Below, piece after piece: positions 1-9,480 of a stretch of DNA of 32,000 nucleotides (position 1 is its first letter; each line of letters opens with the position of its first letter). Made by a program: the position numbers and the translations under genes. The stretch is from Candidatus Saccharimonadota bacterium (lineage in GTDB: Bacteria > Patescibacteriota > Patescibacteriia > 2-12-FULL-60-25), in contig CP064964.1 in the NCBI GenBank assembly GCA_016699205.1, positions 570,001 to 602,000 of the forward strand. The letters run 5' to 3'. Below the pieces are notes generated by a model. The model did not search any database. It saw nothing but the letters and a program-made list of their open reading frames with translations, and had not been told where the DNA came from.

Positions 1-378
1 AAAATTTTGCTTTCCGACAGTGCCGACATCATCCGCAAGAAAATCATGCGTGCTGTGACGGATACAGCTGGCGGAATTACGTATGACATCGACAAAAAAC
101 CGGCGGTTTCGAATTTGATGACGATTTATCATCATGTGACCGGTGCCACGATGAAGCAGATTGAGTCGGAGTTTGAAGGCAAGGGGTATGGCGACTTCAA
201 GAAAGCTTTGGCAGAGGCGGTTGTTGCCCATCTTGAGCCCGTGACCAAGCGCATGCAGGAATTCCAGAGTGATCCGCATGAGCTCATGCGCATTCTCGAT
301 GCAGGCCGTGAAACAGCACAGGGCTTGGCAGCTGAAAAAATAAAACTGGTGCGCAACCGTGTCGGATTAGGCAGATAG
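1..378 (+). CDS. trpS: Tryptophan--tRNA ligase, C-terminal part (5' end outside the window)
   Basis: Frame 1 is open from base 1. The tail ...LSDSADIIRKKIMRAVTD...EGKGYGDFKKALAEAVVAHLEPV... has the layout of class-I TrpRS downstream of KMSKS (recognised from memory). TAG at 376-378 is followed by a hairpin terminator. Confidence 0.8.
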   Translation, partial: KILLSDSADIIRKKIMRAVTDTAGGITYDIDKKPAVSNLMTIYHHVTGATMKQIESEFEGKGYGDFKKALAEAVVAHLEPVTKRMQEFQSDPHELMRILDAGRETAQGLAAEKIKLVRNRVGLGR

Positions 379-381
379 CAA

Positions 382-417
382 GAAAAAAAATACCCCGACG
401 TATCGGGGTATTTTTTT
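382..417. terminator. Bidirectional intrinsic terminator between convergent trpS and cyclase genes
   Basis: A-run 382-390, stem TACCCCGA/TCGGGGTA 391-410, T-run 411-417. Confidence 0.7.
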
Positions 418-2401
418 ATTTCTTTGTCATGACCCAGGCGCCGTTCCAGTCAGCCGGAGGAGGCGTTTCTTGATAGATATGACAACGCTCAAGGAGATGC
501 TGCGTCGTGAGATCGTCCGGCTTGATCTGGAGAAGATTCTCGCATTCTGCGGCGGCTTCTGTGAAGTTGCGGCCGTAATAATGGTTCAGAGCTGTTTCAA
601 ATTGTTTGGCGAATTTGATGTGGCTATCCTCGACTTCACCAGCCATGCCAAGCACTTGGAAGATACGTACCGGTTCTTTTTTGCCTTTGACGGCTACGGA
701 ATCGAGCTCGCGCGTAATGTAGCTTTCATCAAGCATGTCGAGCGTGTTTTTGGTGATGATGATTTGCACGCCGTACTCCTTACACAAGCTTTCTGTGCGG
801 CTCGCAAGGTTTACGCTGTCGCCGATAACGGTGTAGTCATAGCGGACATCGGCACCGATGTTGCCGACGACCATATCGCCCGTATTTACACCGACACCCA
901 CCTTGAGCTCAATGCCTTTTGGAAACGCGCCCTCCTTATTCATCTGTTCAAGTTTATCGCGCATACGGATGGCGGTACGGACGGAGCGTGCGGCGTGGTC
1001 GGCTTGGTCGAGCGGGGCGTTCCAGAAAGCCATGACGGCGTCACCGATGTATTTGTCGAGCACTCCCCCTTCTTCAAAGACGATATTGGTCATCTCATTC
1101 AGGTAGGTATTGAGAACGTCGACCAACTGCTCCGGAGTAAGTCCTTCCGACAAGGTTGTGAAGCCGCGCAGGTCGGAGAAAAGTACAGACATGCGGCGGC
1201 GATCGCCGCCGAGCTTCAAGCGCTCTGGCTCACGAACGAGCTGCTCGACGACGGAAGGTGAAACATAGCGCGTAAAGGCAGCGCGAATTTGCTTGCGCTG
1301 AGCATCGGTTTCCAGCCAGCGCTCGAGCAAGAGACCCATGTAGCCAAAGAAGACAACGAGGGAAATCCAGACGATGTCGAGAACGTAGCCGCGATCAAAG
1401 AGAACAAAAGATGTGATGATCCAGCCAAGCCAAATCACGAGCGCAACGATGGCGCTTGCGCGAGCTTTTACACGAGGGACGAGCAGACCAAGCAAGAGAC
1501 CGACGAGCAGCAACAACAATCCCTGAATCCAGAGCGAGACCGGGACAAGCCATTTGCGCTGTACGAGCGTGTCATAAACCGAGGCATGAATTTCTACGCC
1601 GCTCATCGGGTCGCCAAAGGAGGTGGCGACGTTTTGTTGGTCATGCAAGTCGCGCGCCGTTGCGCCGATGAATACAACCTTATCTTTTAAGCGAGCGGCA
1701 TCAACACGACCTTGGATAACATCCGCAGCAGAGACAATTGGAAAAGCTTTGCGAGGGCTAGCCGGGAAGTTGATCAGCATTCTTCCGCTGCGGTCGAGCG
1801 GGATGGAAGCGATTTCTGGAGCGCGTCCGGCAAGACGGGCGGTTTCATAGGCAAAAGGTACGACTTGAGAGCCATCGAGACCTTGAGACTGCGTTGGAAG
1901 ACGGCGGGCAACGCCATCCGTATCGAGCGGGATATTACTGAAACCCGCGGCTTTGCTTTCTGCCTGAATCAGAGCGATTGGCTGGACGGTATTCTTGGAA
2001 TCAAAGACGAGCGTATTACCGCGTACGACAAAGTCGAGCTCAACCGGGAGAACGACGTTCCTTGCAGATTTCAACGATGTTGCGAGTGCCGTGTCAGCGG
2101 CGGTGTCGGATGGTTCCGGAAAATTTACGTCGAGAGCAATGACTTTCGCGCCTGCTTCACGCAAACGATCGATAAGCTGGGCGTGCACGGAACGCGGCCA
2201 TGGCCATCGACCAATGCGGCCAAGCGAAGCGTCGTCGATCGCCACAATAATGGCAGATGGGTCAGCGGTGCGCGGAAGAAAGAAGCGGTCGGTGACGCGC
2301 GAGCCGACGGTATCAAAGAGCCCGGCCAAAAGGCCGAGCATCCCGACAAAGCCGACGCTTAGTCCGACGATAACTGGTAAAGCGATGCGAAAGCGTTTCA
2401 T
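416..2401 (-). CDS. CHASE2-sensor class III adenylate/guanylate cyclase with TPR-like C-terminal tail
   Basis: 661-aa ORF with an N-terminal TM, a ~300-aa extracytoplasmic region and a cluster of TM helices. Cyclase catalytic motifs follow: RRMSVLFSDLRGFTTLSE, KYIGDAVMAFWNAP, GVNTGDMVVGNIG, DYTVIGDSVNLASRTE. Confidence 0.85.
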   Translation of the reverse strand: MKRFRIALPVIVGLSVGFVGMLGLLAGLFDTVGSRVTDRFFLPRTADPSAIIVAIDDASLGRIGRWPWPRSVHAQLIDRLREAGAKVIALDVNFPEPSDTAADTALATSLKSARNVVLPVELDFVVRGNTLVFDSKNTVQPIALIQAESKAAGFSNIPLDTDGVARRLPTQSQGLDGSQVVPFAYETARLAGRAPEIASIPLDRSGRMLINFPASPRKAFPIVSAADVIQGRVDAARLKDKVVFIGATARDLHDQQNVATSFGDPMSGVEIHASVYDTLVQRKWLVPVSLWIQGLLLLLVGLLLGLLVPRVKARASAIVALVIWLGWIITSFVLFDRGYVLDIVWISLVVFFGYMGLLLERWLETDAQRKQIRAAFTRYVSPSVVEQLVREPERLKLGGDRRRMSVLFSDLRGFTTLSEGLTPEQLVDVLNTYLNEMTNIVFEEGGVLDKYIGDAVMAFWNAPLDQADHAARSVRTAIRMRDKLEQMNKEGAFPKGIELKVGVGVNTGDMVVGNIGADVRYDYTVIGDSVNLASRTESLCKEYGVQIIITKNTLDMLDESYITRELDSVAVKGKKEPVRIFQVLGMAGEVEDSHIKFAKQFETALNHYYGRNFTEAAAECENLLQIKPDDLTTQHLLERCHIYQETPPPADWNGAWVMTKK

Positions 2402-2404
2402 AGA

Positions 2405-3781
2405 TTAAAGAGGTTTGCCGTTGATCAGGAATTGAACCTTGGTATCGACTTGCATGTTGGTGGAAGTCGCCTCTATTGGCAAGACAACGGGTGTCTCAAC
2501 AGAGCGGCTTCTTAGGGCTGCAGCTCTGGCGGCGAGGGCGCGCATTTTTGCTTTTACGACTGGCGTCCCCTTCTCTCCTTCCGGCAGCTGCTGTAATTCA
2601 CGGCCAAGATTTACAAGGGATTGTTCAGCGATGCCGGCCATACGTCCTGCCAGATCTTTGTCGCCGCTTTCAAGGGCCATCAAACCTTCATCGAGCCGAT
2701 CTCCGATAGAAAGCAGGCGGAGGAAGATGCGTTCGGCGGCATTTTTTGCGACACGCTCGCGCAGATCTTCCAATGCCTGTTTGTAACGATAGGCCGGTGT
2801 TTCCGGAAGCACGTCCTCGAACAGTCGTCGGCTGCTGACGAGAGCGCGGCGCAGAGCGAGCATGACGGCTGGTTTACCAGATTCAAGCTGGGCGCGAATG
2901 TCGCGCTCAAGACGCGTGAAGTCTTCTGCCGCTCTCCCCTCTGCACCCGTTTCTGCCTCATCGCGGATGATGGCGAGACGACGGAGAATCATGCGCGCAC
3001 CAACCGAAGGACCGCGCAGACGCTCGGAGGCATCACTGAGCAAGCGGAGCACACCTGGGCGCGGCAATCGACCAAGACCGAGCGAGGTACGAAAGGCACT
3101 GCGGACACGTTCATTGAATTTTTTATCCAATACGCTGTTCTCGGTGAACCAAGCGCTTGCCGTACCTGATGCGCTAATCGGCATGGTGGATGTTGTGCGA
3201 TACGCGCCGCCAAATTTTGCCATCGAACCCTCTACCACAAGGAGTCCTTCTGCTGTTGATGCAACGGTTGGACCCGAAGCCTCAACGACGGAATCGGAAA
3301 CCCAGAGCGTTGTTGGTTCATTGCCGTGTTTTTCCAAATCAAAAGCGGTTCCGCGTACGGTCGCGATCACATCATTTGTATGAACTACGGCTTGCGCGTC
3401 GATATCGAGCAATGTCTGCATGCGCGACCAGATGCGTCCGGCTTCAAGACGTAAGTCCAATATTACATTACCGTCTTCTGTTTGACCGAGCTTCTCGATC
3501 AGGATTTCTGTCGAGGTCGAGATGCGGCTCTCGCCTTGGCCAAACCAATCGAGAGATGCGCTGCCCTCGCTGCTCGTGCGGATACGATCGCCTTGCATAA
3601 GCGTATCGTCGACATTGATAGCGACGGGGGCTGCACCGTCACGAAGACGCTCGAGCGTTCCGGTTTTCTCACTGACGCGTGCGAGGGTAATACCCTCTTC
3701 CGGCAATGAGCCGAGCGACCAGAACCAAATTCCGCCTAAAGCCGCGATAAACAACAGAACAACAGGAATCCATTTGCGCAT
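2405..3781 (-). CDS. Membrane-anchored FecR-domain protein, co-operonic with the CHASE2 cyclase
   Basis: 458-aa ORF ending 3 nt before the cyclase start. It has a TM anchor (WIPVVLLFIAALGGIWFW) and a beta-rich FecR-like core (...VHTNDVIATVRGTAFDLE...). Confidence 0.6.
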   Translation of the reverse strand: MRKWIPVVLLFIAALGGIWFWSLGSLPEEGITLARVSEKTGTLERLRDGAAPVAINVDDTLMQGDRIRTSSEGSASLDWFGQGESRISTSTEILIEKLGQTEDGNVILDLRLEAGRIWSRMQTLLDIDAQAVVHTNDVIATVRGTAFDLEKHGNEPTTLWVSDSVVEASGPTVASTAEGLLVVEGSMAKFGGAYRTTSTMPISASGTASAWFTENSVLDKKFNERVRSAFRTSLGLGRLPRPGVLRLLSDASERLRGPSVGARMILRRLAIIRDEAETGAEGRAAEDFTRLERDIRAQLESGKPAVMLALRRALVSSRRLFEDVLPETPAYRYKQALEDLRERVAKNAAERIFLRLLSIGDRLDEGLMALESGDKDLAGRMAGIAEQSLVNLGRELQQLPEGEKGTPVVKAKMRALAARAAALRSRSVETPVVLPIEATSTNMQVDTKVQFLINGKPL

Positions 3782-3832
3782 AGAGTGTTATTCCGAGTCT
3801 ATCGTCTTGTCTCGGGCGCGTAAAATCCAAAC

Positions 3833-3860
3833 AAAAATCCCACCTTGCGGTGGGGTTTTT
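3833..3860. terminator. Intrinsic terminator downstream of rnpB (palindromic, flanked by A-run and T-run)
   Basis: A-run 3833-3837, stem TCCCACC/GGTGGGG 3838-3855 with loop TTGC, T-run 3856-3860. On the minus strand it directly follows the RNase P RNA 3' end. Confidence 0.65.
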
Positions 3861-4314
3861 GTGCCGGGCGAAACGGTAAGCCGAGTTTTGTCGTGCCTGC
3901 TTTGCAGCAGACAGGATGACCATCTCTCTGGGCCGCGCATTACTGCACGGCTCTAGCGAGCGACCATTGCCAGCAATCTTGCGATCACCGACTCTTGCTC
4001 TTGCACCAGAAAGGGTTTGCCGCAAACTGCCGTTACCGGCAGCCGAGCGGACTCGCAGAACGGCTTGCGCCGCACCACCTGTCCGCACTTTTCACGTTTC
4101 ACCCCGTAAAACGCTTGCGCGTCACGGGGCTAGTATAGTCTCTGTGGCACTTTCCCTGGGTTTCCGTAAATGGAGAGACACGTGTTCCTTCCATTTGCTT
4201 TATATCCCGGCGGTCGTTAACCGCTTTCGCTTTCCTCCGCCTTGCGACGGATTCGGAGCTCGGACTTTCCTCCCCTGTTCTTGCGAACAAAGGCGATCAT
4301 CTGTTTTGCCAGGC
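3861..4314 (-). ncRNA. rnpB: RNase P RNA, bacterial type A
   Basis: The minus-strand read contains the universal GGGGAGGAAAGUCCGAGCUCC (rc of 4255-4275). It also contains AGUGCCACAGAGAC, GGUGAAACGUGAAAAGUGCGG, GGUAACGGCAG, AGAUGGUCAUC and 3' ACAAAACUCGGCUUACCGUUUCGCC. The 5' GCCUGGCAAAACAG pairs with the 3' end (P1). The predicted TSS from the upstream promoter coincides with the 5' end. Confidence 0.9.
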
Positions 4315-4320
4315 GGGCCC

Positions 4321-4349
4321 AAGATAACAGAAAAAATGGGTTTTGGCAA
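4321..4349 (-). promoter_or_regulatory. Putative sigma70-type promoter of rnpB
   Basis: On the minus strand, TTGCCA (rc of 4344-4349), a 17-nt spacer, then TATCTT (rc of 4321-4326). This places the TSS about 7 nt downstream, at ~4314. Confidence 0.5.
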
Positions 4350-4383
4350 GGGTTACAGCCCGATCGATCCTATATAAGGACGA

Positions 4384-4412
4384 TTGACAAAAGGACGATT
4401 TTTTGCTAAAGC
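4384..4412 (+). promoter_or_regulatory. Putative promoter of the GC-rich two-gene unit
   Basis: TTGACA 4384-4389, a 17-nt spacer ending TGC (4404-4406, extended -10), then TAAAGC 4407-4412. The design matches the array promoter (TTGACAAAA(A)GGAC...TGCTA). AGGACGATT is directly repeated around the -35. Confidence 0.45.
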
Positions 4413-4466
4413 TACGTCGCACCTTGTGAAGTTATCGCATGCAAAACATGCGAAGAAAGGCCAGCA

Positions 4467-5561
4467 ATGCAGACGAAGGACCTCCCGATTCCGCAGAAGT
4501 TCCAGTCGTTCGCCCTCAACCGCGTGCGCGCCCATCAGCTCGTGGCACCGAAGGGCATGCTCTCGCACTTTGGTCTCGAGACGCTCATCACGAGCGTGGC
4601 GGTCGAGCGTACGCGTCTGCTCGACATCGTCGAGCGCGTGACGCGCACGCATCGCAAGATCCTCGAGCGCAAGTTCTCGCCGGAGCTCGATCTCGACCGG
4701 ACGCACATGATGGCGCTCGAGCTCATCCACGACGCGATCGAGGCCGAGGCCGCGACGGCCGAGGATCTCTTCGACGAGAACGGTACGCCGAACGGCATCT
4801 CGACGGACGAGATCGCTCACTTCTTCCCGGGCGACAAGGTCTTCGAGCTGTGGTTCTACTCGGGCTGGCACAGCGGTGACGAGTTCGACAAGAAGTTCAT
4901 GGCGGATGTGTGGGACTTCGTGATCGAGCACAAGATGTTCGGTCCGATGACCCATCTCGACCTCGTGACCAAGCTCGGCGTCGGACTGTTCATGTCGGAC
5001 AAGATCCCGCACGCGGTGCGTACCGCAGTGCTCGAGGCCGTTCTCCAGAACGGCGAGCCCCTGCTCCGCAAGACGGATCCGGGCCGCGACAGCTCGAGCA
5101 TGAACGCAACAGGAAGCAAGGCCTTCACGGCCGCCAAGCTGCTCGAGGTCATGACGCCGACGGTGCTCACGCAGCACATCGAGATCAGCCAGCTGGGCCG
5201 CCCGATCATCGAGCTCGCCAAGCAGCTTGGGTGGATCAAGGTACCGGCAGTGAACGTCGAGGTGCCCAAGCCGGAAATCTCGGCGCTTCCGCCCGAGGCG
5301 CTCGACTCCGTCGTGCCGCCCGCTCCCAGCACAACCTCCGATGGCGACCCCGAAGTCGTGGTCGGTGCGACCGACGGCAGCGGCATGGACGTCGAGCTCG
5401 ACGAGATGCTCGCGAACGACAAGGCCGCCAGCGAGCACCCCGCGCTCGTCGACGACGACTCCGACGAACCCACCATGGTGGTGACCGCCGACGATGCCGA
5501 GCGCGGCAGCAAGAAGAACAAGCGGGACAAGAGCGGTCCGCCGCCGATCCAGAAGCGGTGA
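4467..5561 (+). CDS. Hypothetical protein with acidic, low-complexity C-terminal third
   Basis: 364-aa ORF with strongly G/C-ending codons. A weak SD (GAAAGG) lies 6 nt upstream of the ATG. The longer antisense ORF 4353-5837 has R/L/H/D-rich shadow composition. No family recognised. Confidence 0.7.
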   Translation: MQTKDLPIPQKFQSFALNRVRAHQLVAPKGMLSHFGLETLITSVAVERTRLLDIVERVTRTHRKILERKFSPELDLDRTHMMALELIHDAIEAEAATAEDLFDENGTPNGISTDEIAHFFPGDKVFELWFYSGWHSGDEFDKKFMADVWDFVIEHKMFGPMTHLDLVTKLGVGLFMSDKIPHAVRTAVLEAVLQNGEPLLRKTDPGRDSSSMNATGSKAFTAAKLLEVMTPTVLTQHIEISQLGRPIIELAKQLGWIKVPAVNVEVPKPEISALPPEALDSVVPPAPSTTSDGDPEVVVGATDGSGMDVELDEMLANDKAASEHPALVDDDSDEPTMVVTADDAERGSKKNKRDKSGPPPIQKR

Positions 5562-5564
5562 ACC

Positions 5565-5888
5565 GTGGACCCCAAGCAGAATCGTGCTCCCGAGCCGGAA
5601 GAGCCCGAGACCGTCGACGATGAAGATGTCGTCATGGTCGACGAGGATTCTCCGGATCGGGACACGATTCCGCCGGATGAGCCACTCGTCACAACCGAAT
5701 CGATCCCTCCTGGAGACGCAGAGGTCGAGGACGCTCTCCTCGACGAAGAGCTGGGAGACGTGTTCTCCCGCATCCGCACGGTGTCGGTAGCACCTCCGCC
5801 GCCTACCGCCCTTTCCGAAGATGAGCTCGAAGCTCAACGTGAAGCCGAGTTCGAGGCACTTCTCGAACGAAGCAAGAAACCAACCTAA
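5565..5888 (+). CDS. Hypothetical acidic, probably disordered protein
   Basis: 107-aa ORF with a GTG start 3 nt after the upstream TGA (coupled). It is D/E/P-rich and followed by a terminator. The start codon is uncertain. Confidence 0.45.
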   Translation: MDPKQNRAPEPEEPETVDDEDVVMVDEDSPDRDTIPPDEPLVTTESIPPGDAEVEDALLDEELGDVFSRIRTVSVAPPPPTALSEDELEAQREAEFEALLERSKKPT

Positions 5889-5895
5889 CTGACAA

Positions 5896-5932
5896 GGCCC
5901 CGACCAGCAATGGATCGGGGCCTCGTTTTTTT
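5896..5932. terminator. Bidirectional intrinsic terminator
   Basis: Stem GGCCCCGA 5896-5903 / TCGGGGCC 5915-5922, T-run 5925-5932. It lies between convergent genes. Confidence 0.7.
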
Positions 5933-5933
5933 C

Positions 5934-7629
5934 TTACCAACTTCCTCCCCCGCCGCCGCCCCCGCCGCCACCGGAACCTCCGCCCGAGAATCCGGAACCG
6001 CCGGAACCGGATGAAGAAGGCGCAGAGTACATCGAGGATGATGAGGATTGATGGAATGATTCCATCGCGTGAGCGTAACTTACGGCTGACCAGGCATTTG
6101 TCGATCCAGTCACGTATGAAGGCTTGGGTAATTGAATGTTGGCAAACTGTCCGGCCCACTTTTCTTCTACTCCGAAGGCAACAGCGGCGGGCAGGAAGCG
6201 GGCAAATTCTTCTGGCCGTTTGGCTGGAGCGTCCGTGAATTCTAGACGGGCTTTTTCCGTAACAGACAAAAATTTCTTGAAGCCCTCAACACGCTCGACA
6301 ATCACAGCACCTTCCTTTGTGACTCGCGGCATGTGCCAACCAAATAGCATCACGATCAAACCGGATGCGATGCCGGAGAAAATAAACATTTCTCCAAAAG
6401 CCCCGATCAAAAAGAAACCGAGTGCAACACAGCCGATCGCGACGGCCGTCCAAAGGAATCGAATGACTGATGGATCTTTTCCAAAGTACCCGCGCTTTTG
6501 CAGATCATCGAATATTTCTTTGCGGGCTTTTTGCAGATCTTGCCAGAAAGAGTCGTGCCGCTCGGAAAGATCGACGGAATCGCCCTCAGAGAATACTCCG
6601 TCAAAAAGCGTGCGCTCGTATGGTGCCAATCCAACCGGCTCTTTTACTTTTTCGTAATACACTTTGGCCTTTGGCTTGAACCAACCGTCTTCATTTGGAT
6701 CGCCTTCAAAGCGGATCTTGGCGTAGCCGCGGCGAGCGAGATCGAGCAGTGTTGCGGTGATGGCTTTGGACGGGACTTGCTGATCGACCAAAGAAATTTG
6801 CAGGCCAGGCGGAAGCTGTTCCGGCTCCTCGTACTCGGCGATGATGGTTCCGCGGCCCTTTGGATCGCGTCCGTATTTCCACCAGAAGATGATCATCGCG
6901 ATCAAGACAAGTAATGGCGAAAAAAGCGGAAGGTTGTCTTGAATAAAGAAGAGTATATGCTCCGATAAACCGATGTCGCGCATCGCTACATCCGGAAGAC
7001 GGACGGCGAACGTCAGGCCCTCGCCAGGCGCGAGTTCACGGCGCGCGGAAACCGTTAGCGTGGTTCCCTGAACGTTGATATCGCACTCTTGCTCGGTTGA
7101 GCCATAGGCGCCGGTGAAACAGATGGTATTGGTCGGAGCAGCGGGAAGCTCGACGCGCATGCTGGCTTTGGCGATCGAGACTTGCCACTCGTTTCCGGTG
7201 ACATTCCAATAGAGTTCACGCTCTTTGTCATCCGGGAAATCGTTAATGGAACGAACGGTGGAATAGTTAAACGTATACTGGTGCTTTCCGGTGATGGTGA
7301 TGTCTTCATCGCCCAAACGAATTTTGCGATGCTCGCCCTCGCGTGTAATTTTGCGTGGCAAATTTCCCATCCTGTAATGAATCTCCGATATTAAAGTGGA
7401 GATCAAAGTTGGTCCCGCTACGGGAATAGCGTTCCGGAATTGAACGATAGATCCCATGCTTTTGGAGATCGCCGAAGTCGTAGTCGATCGACTCGGTGAT
7501 CGTGAGACGGCGGTCAGCGTCTAGCTTGGCTTCTACATGGAAATCCGTGATGGACTCGGCGGCGTGGGCCGCATGCGTCGCCTGAAAAGCGCAAAGCGTA
7601 AAGACAAGCGAGAAGAGAAGGCGTTTCAT
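5934..7629 (-). pseudogene. DUF2207-family membrane protein, reading frame broken (frameshift or sequencing indel)
   Basis: The 107-aa ORF (7306-7629) has a signal peptide and ...HGIYRSIPERY.... The 507-aa ORF (5934-7457) has ...IRLGDEDITITGKHQYTFNY..., TM helices and a Gly-rich GGGGGGGGSW tail. Together they make one DUF2207-type protein in two overlapping frames. Confidence 0.7.
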
Positions 7630-7682
7630 GCAGATATGGTGGCCTAGCTGGGGCCAGAGGGCAAGGTATCCCGTGAAATGAG

Positions 7683-7715
7683 AAACGCCGCCCCGACAGA
7701 GTCGGGACGGCGTTT
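7683..7715 (-). terminator. Intrinsic terminator closing the 17-cistron array
   Basis: Arms AAACGCCGCCCCGAC 7683-7697 and GTCGGGACGGCGTTT 7701-7715 (14 bp, 1 mismatch). On the minus strand this is followed by UUUCUCAUUU. Confidence 0.65.
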
Positions 7716-7728
7716 CAGAGGGTGCCCG

Positions 7729-9480
7729 TTAGGGCGCGATGGCGATGGTGCGCAGCGAGAGATCTCCGAGTCCGTACTCGTTGATCCAGTCGCGCGAACC
7801 GCCAGTCGTTGCGGTGAGCGTGTTGTGCGGGGAATCGGTCACATCGGACCAGGCGACGACGAACGAAGCGCTCGCGCCGCCAGGACCGGAGTCCGTTCCC
7901 TGGTCGATGGACGCGGATGGACGCGGGCCGACAGAACCGACGATATCATCGGCCAGGTAGCCGGTGGCAGTGTCGGTTGCGGTCGAGGCAGCGATGCCGA
8001 TGGACAGGACGTCCGTTCCGAGGATGTCGCCCTGAAGCGCCATCTGTACCTCGATCACGGCCGTACCGTCGACGGCGAGGCCTCCCGGGAAGGAGAGCCA
8101 CGCGCGTGCGACATCCGGCGCAGGGAAGAGGTAGACGGCGCTACGGAGATCGGTTCCGTCTTCTGCGAAGATCGTGGCCGAGTCTACCGGTCCGCCGTCC
8201 CGAAGGACGTTCATGCCGTAGAACGAGTACGACGGCGTGGTCGTCGCGTAGTCGGGCGTCATGGTGCGATCGAACTCGAGCAGGATGCGTCCGAGCTCGC
8301 CGCGGCCGGTGACGGTCATGCGCAGGAAGGTGAAGGAGCGGCCCCGGAAGAGCATCGCATCCGTCACTTCCTCGAGCGCGATCGAGAGCGAGCTTCCGCG
8401 TGCCACGAGCGTGTTGCCCGTGGTCGGCGCGGAAGACGAGGTGCAGGGCGCGGCCGAAGTCGCGCCAGTACCACTGACGCTCTCGAAGCCGAGGGCGATG
8501 CGGTTGCCGGACACCGGAGTGCCAGCAGCCGAACCGACCGACGAGCGAGGCACGAGCGTCGCGAGACGCGCGCGCAGCTCGAGCGGCTGCTCGACGTCGC
8601 GATTCAGGATGGACATGCCACCCGTCAGCGTGATGTCGATGCTCGTGTCTGCGCCGGCGACCGCCGTTCCGACTTCCTCGCCGCCGATGAAGACGGCAAT
8701 GTCGTCGTAGGAGGCGGGATCACCTGCGAGGGTGATGCTCGCCTGCTCGAGAACGATGTTCTCGCCGGTGGCGGTGATCGTTCCGCTCGCGATGAGCTGG
8801 AGCGTGCCGTCGGGAACGATCATGCCGGTGGGACTGGCGGGATCGAACTCGACGACGATGTCGCCGGCTGGAGCAACGGGAACGCCGAGCATGGGATCTT
8901 CTCCCGTTGCACCGGCTTCACGCATGGCTTCCGCGGTGACGTTCACGGGCACGGCGCCCATGTCCATACCGAGAGCCTCGATGTCGACGACGTCCGCGAT
9001 GCCGACCGTGACGAGCTCGCCCGACGGATTGTCGAGCGCGCTGTCGAAGTCACAGCGGACGCCGAGACGCAGCTCCCCCATCGCAGGAACGAGCACCGAA
9101 AGACCGGTGAACGCCATGCGACCGGAAGCATCCGGGATGACCGCCGACGAGATGAGGTTGTCCGCATCGTCGTACAGCGAGCAGTTCTCCACCACACGTG
9201 CGAAGTCGCTCGCGCGGAAGGAGCCCGTGATATTGGCCTGACCGGTGAGGGTCAGCGTGGGAACACTCGTGTCCGGATCACCAGGGTCCGAGGTGAGAAT
9301 GACATCGTTGACGGGAACGAGCTCCCCGCCGGCGACGCCACCGCTCGAACCCGACGACTCGATGTCCGCCGTGAGAGCGGCGTTGGTCGAGCTGACCGGA
9401 AGGGTCGACGGATTGGTGCTGCAGGCAATGAGCAGCACGATGCTGCTCAGGGTGTAAAGGAGCTTTCGTACCTGTACCAT
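7729..9480 (-). CDS. Array cistron A17: large lipoprotein, unknown function, C-terminal WSD...GGSRDW module
   Basis: GGAGG lies 5 nt upstream of ATG 9480. The signal peptide has a lipobox (MVQVRKLLYTLSSIVLLIAC). The 583-aa T/G/A-rich beta-type sequence has a C-terminus paralogous to A06. Stop is TAA. Confidence 0.75.
   Translation of the reverse strand: MVQVRKLLYTLSSIVLLIACSTNPSTLPVSSTNAALTADIESSGSSGGVAGGELVPVNDVILTSDPGDPDTSVPTLTLTGQANITGSFRASDFARVVENCSLYDDADNLISSAVIPDASGRMAFTGLSVLVPAMGELRLGVRCDFDSALDNPSGELVTVGIADVVDIEALGMDMGAVPVNVTAEAMREAGATGEDPMLGVPVAPAGDIVVEFDPASPTGMIVPDGTLQLIASGTITATGENIVLEQASITLAGDPASYDDIAVFIGGEEVGTAVAGADTSIDITLTGGMSILNRDVEQPLELRARLATLVPRSSVGSAAGTPVSGNRIALGFESVSGTGATSAAPCTSSSAPTTGNTLVARGSSLSIALEEVTDAMLFRGRSFTFLRMTVTGRGELGRILLEFDRTMTPDYATTTPSYSFYGMNVLRDGGPVDSATIFAEDGTDLRSAVYLFPAPDVARAWLSFPGGLAVDGTAVIEVQMALQGDILGTDVLSIGIAASTATDTATGYLADDIVGSVGPRPSASIDQGTDSGPGGASASFVVAWSDVTDSPHNTLTATTGGSRDWINEYGLGDLSLRTIAIAP

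Noticed and set aside
4353-5837. 494-aa minus-strand ORF overlapping the 4467-5561 gene
   Set aside because: It has shadow-ORF composition (R/L/H/D/V/E-rich). The promoter, weak SD, GC3 bias and terminator all support the plus-strand genes instead.
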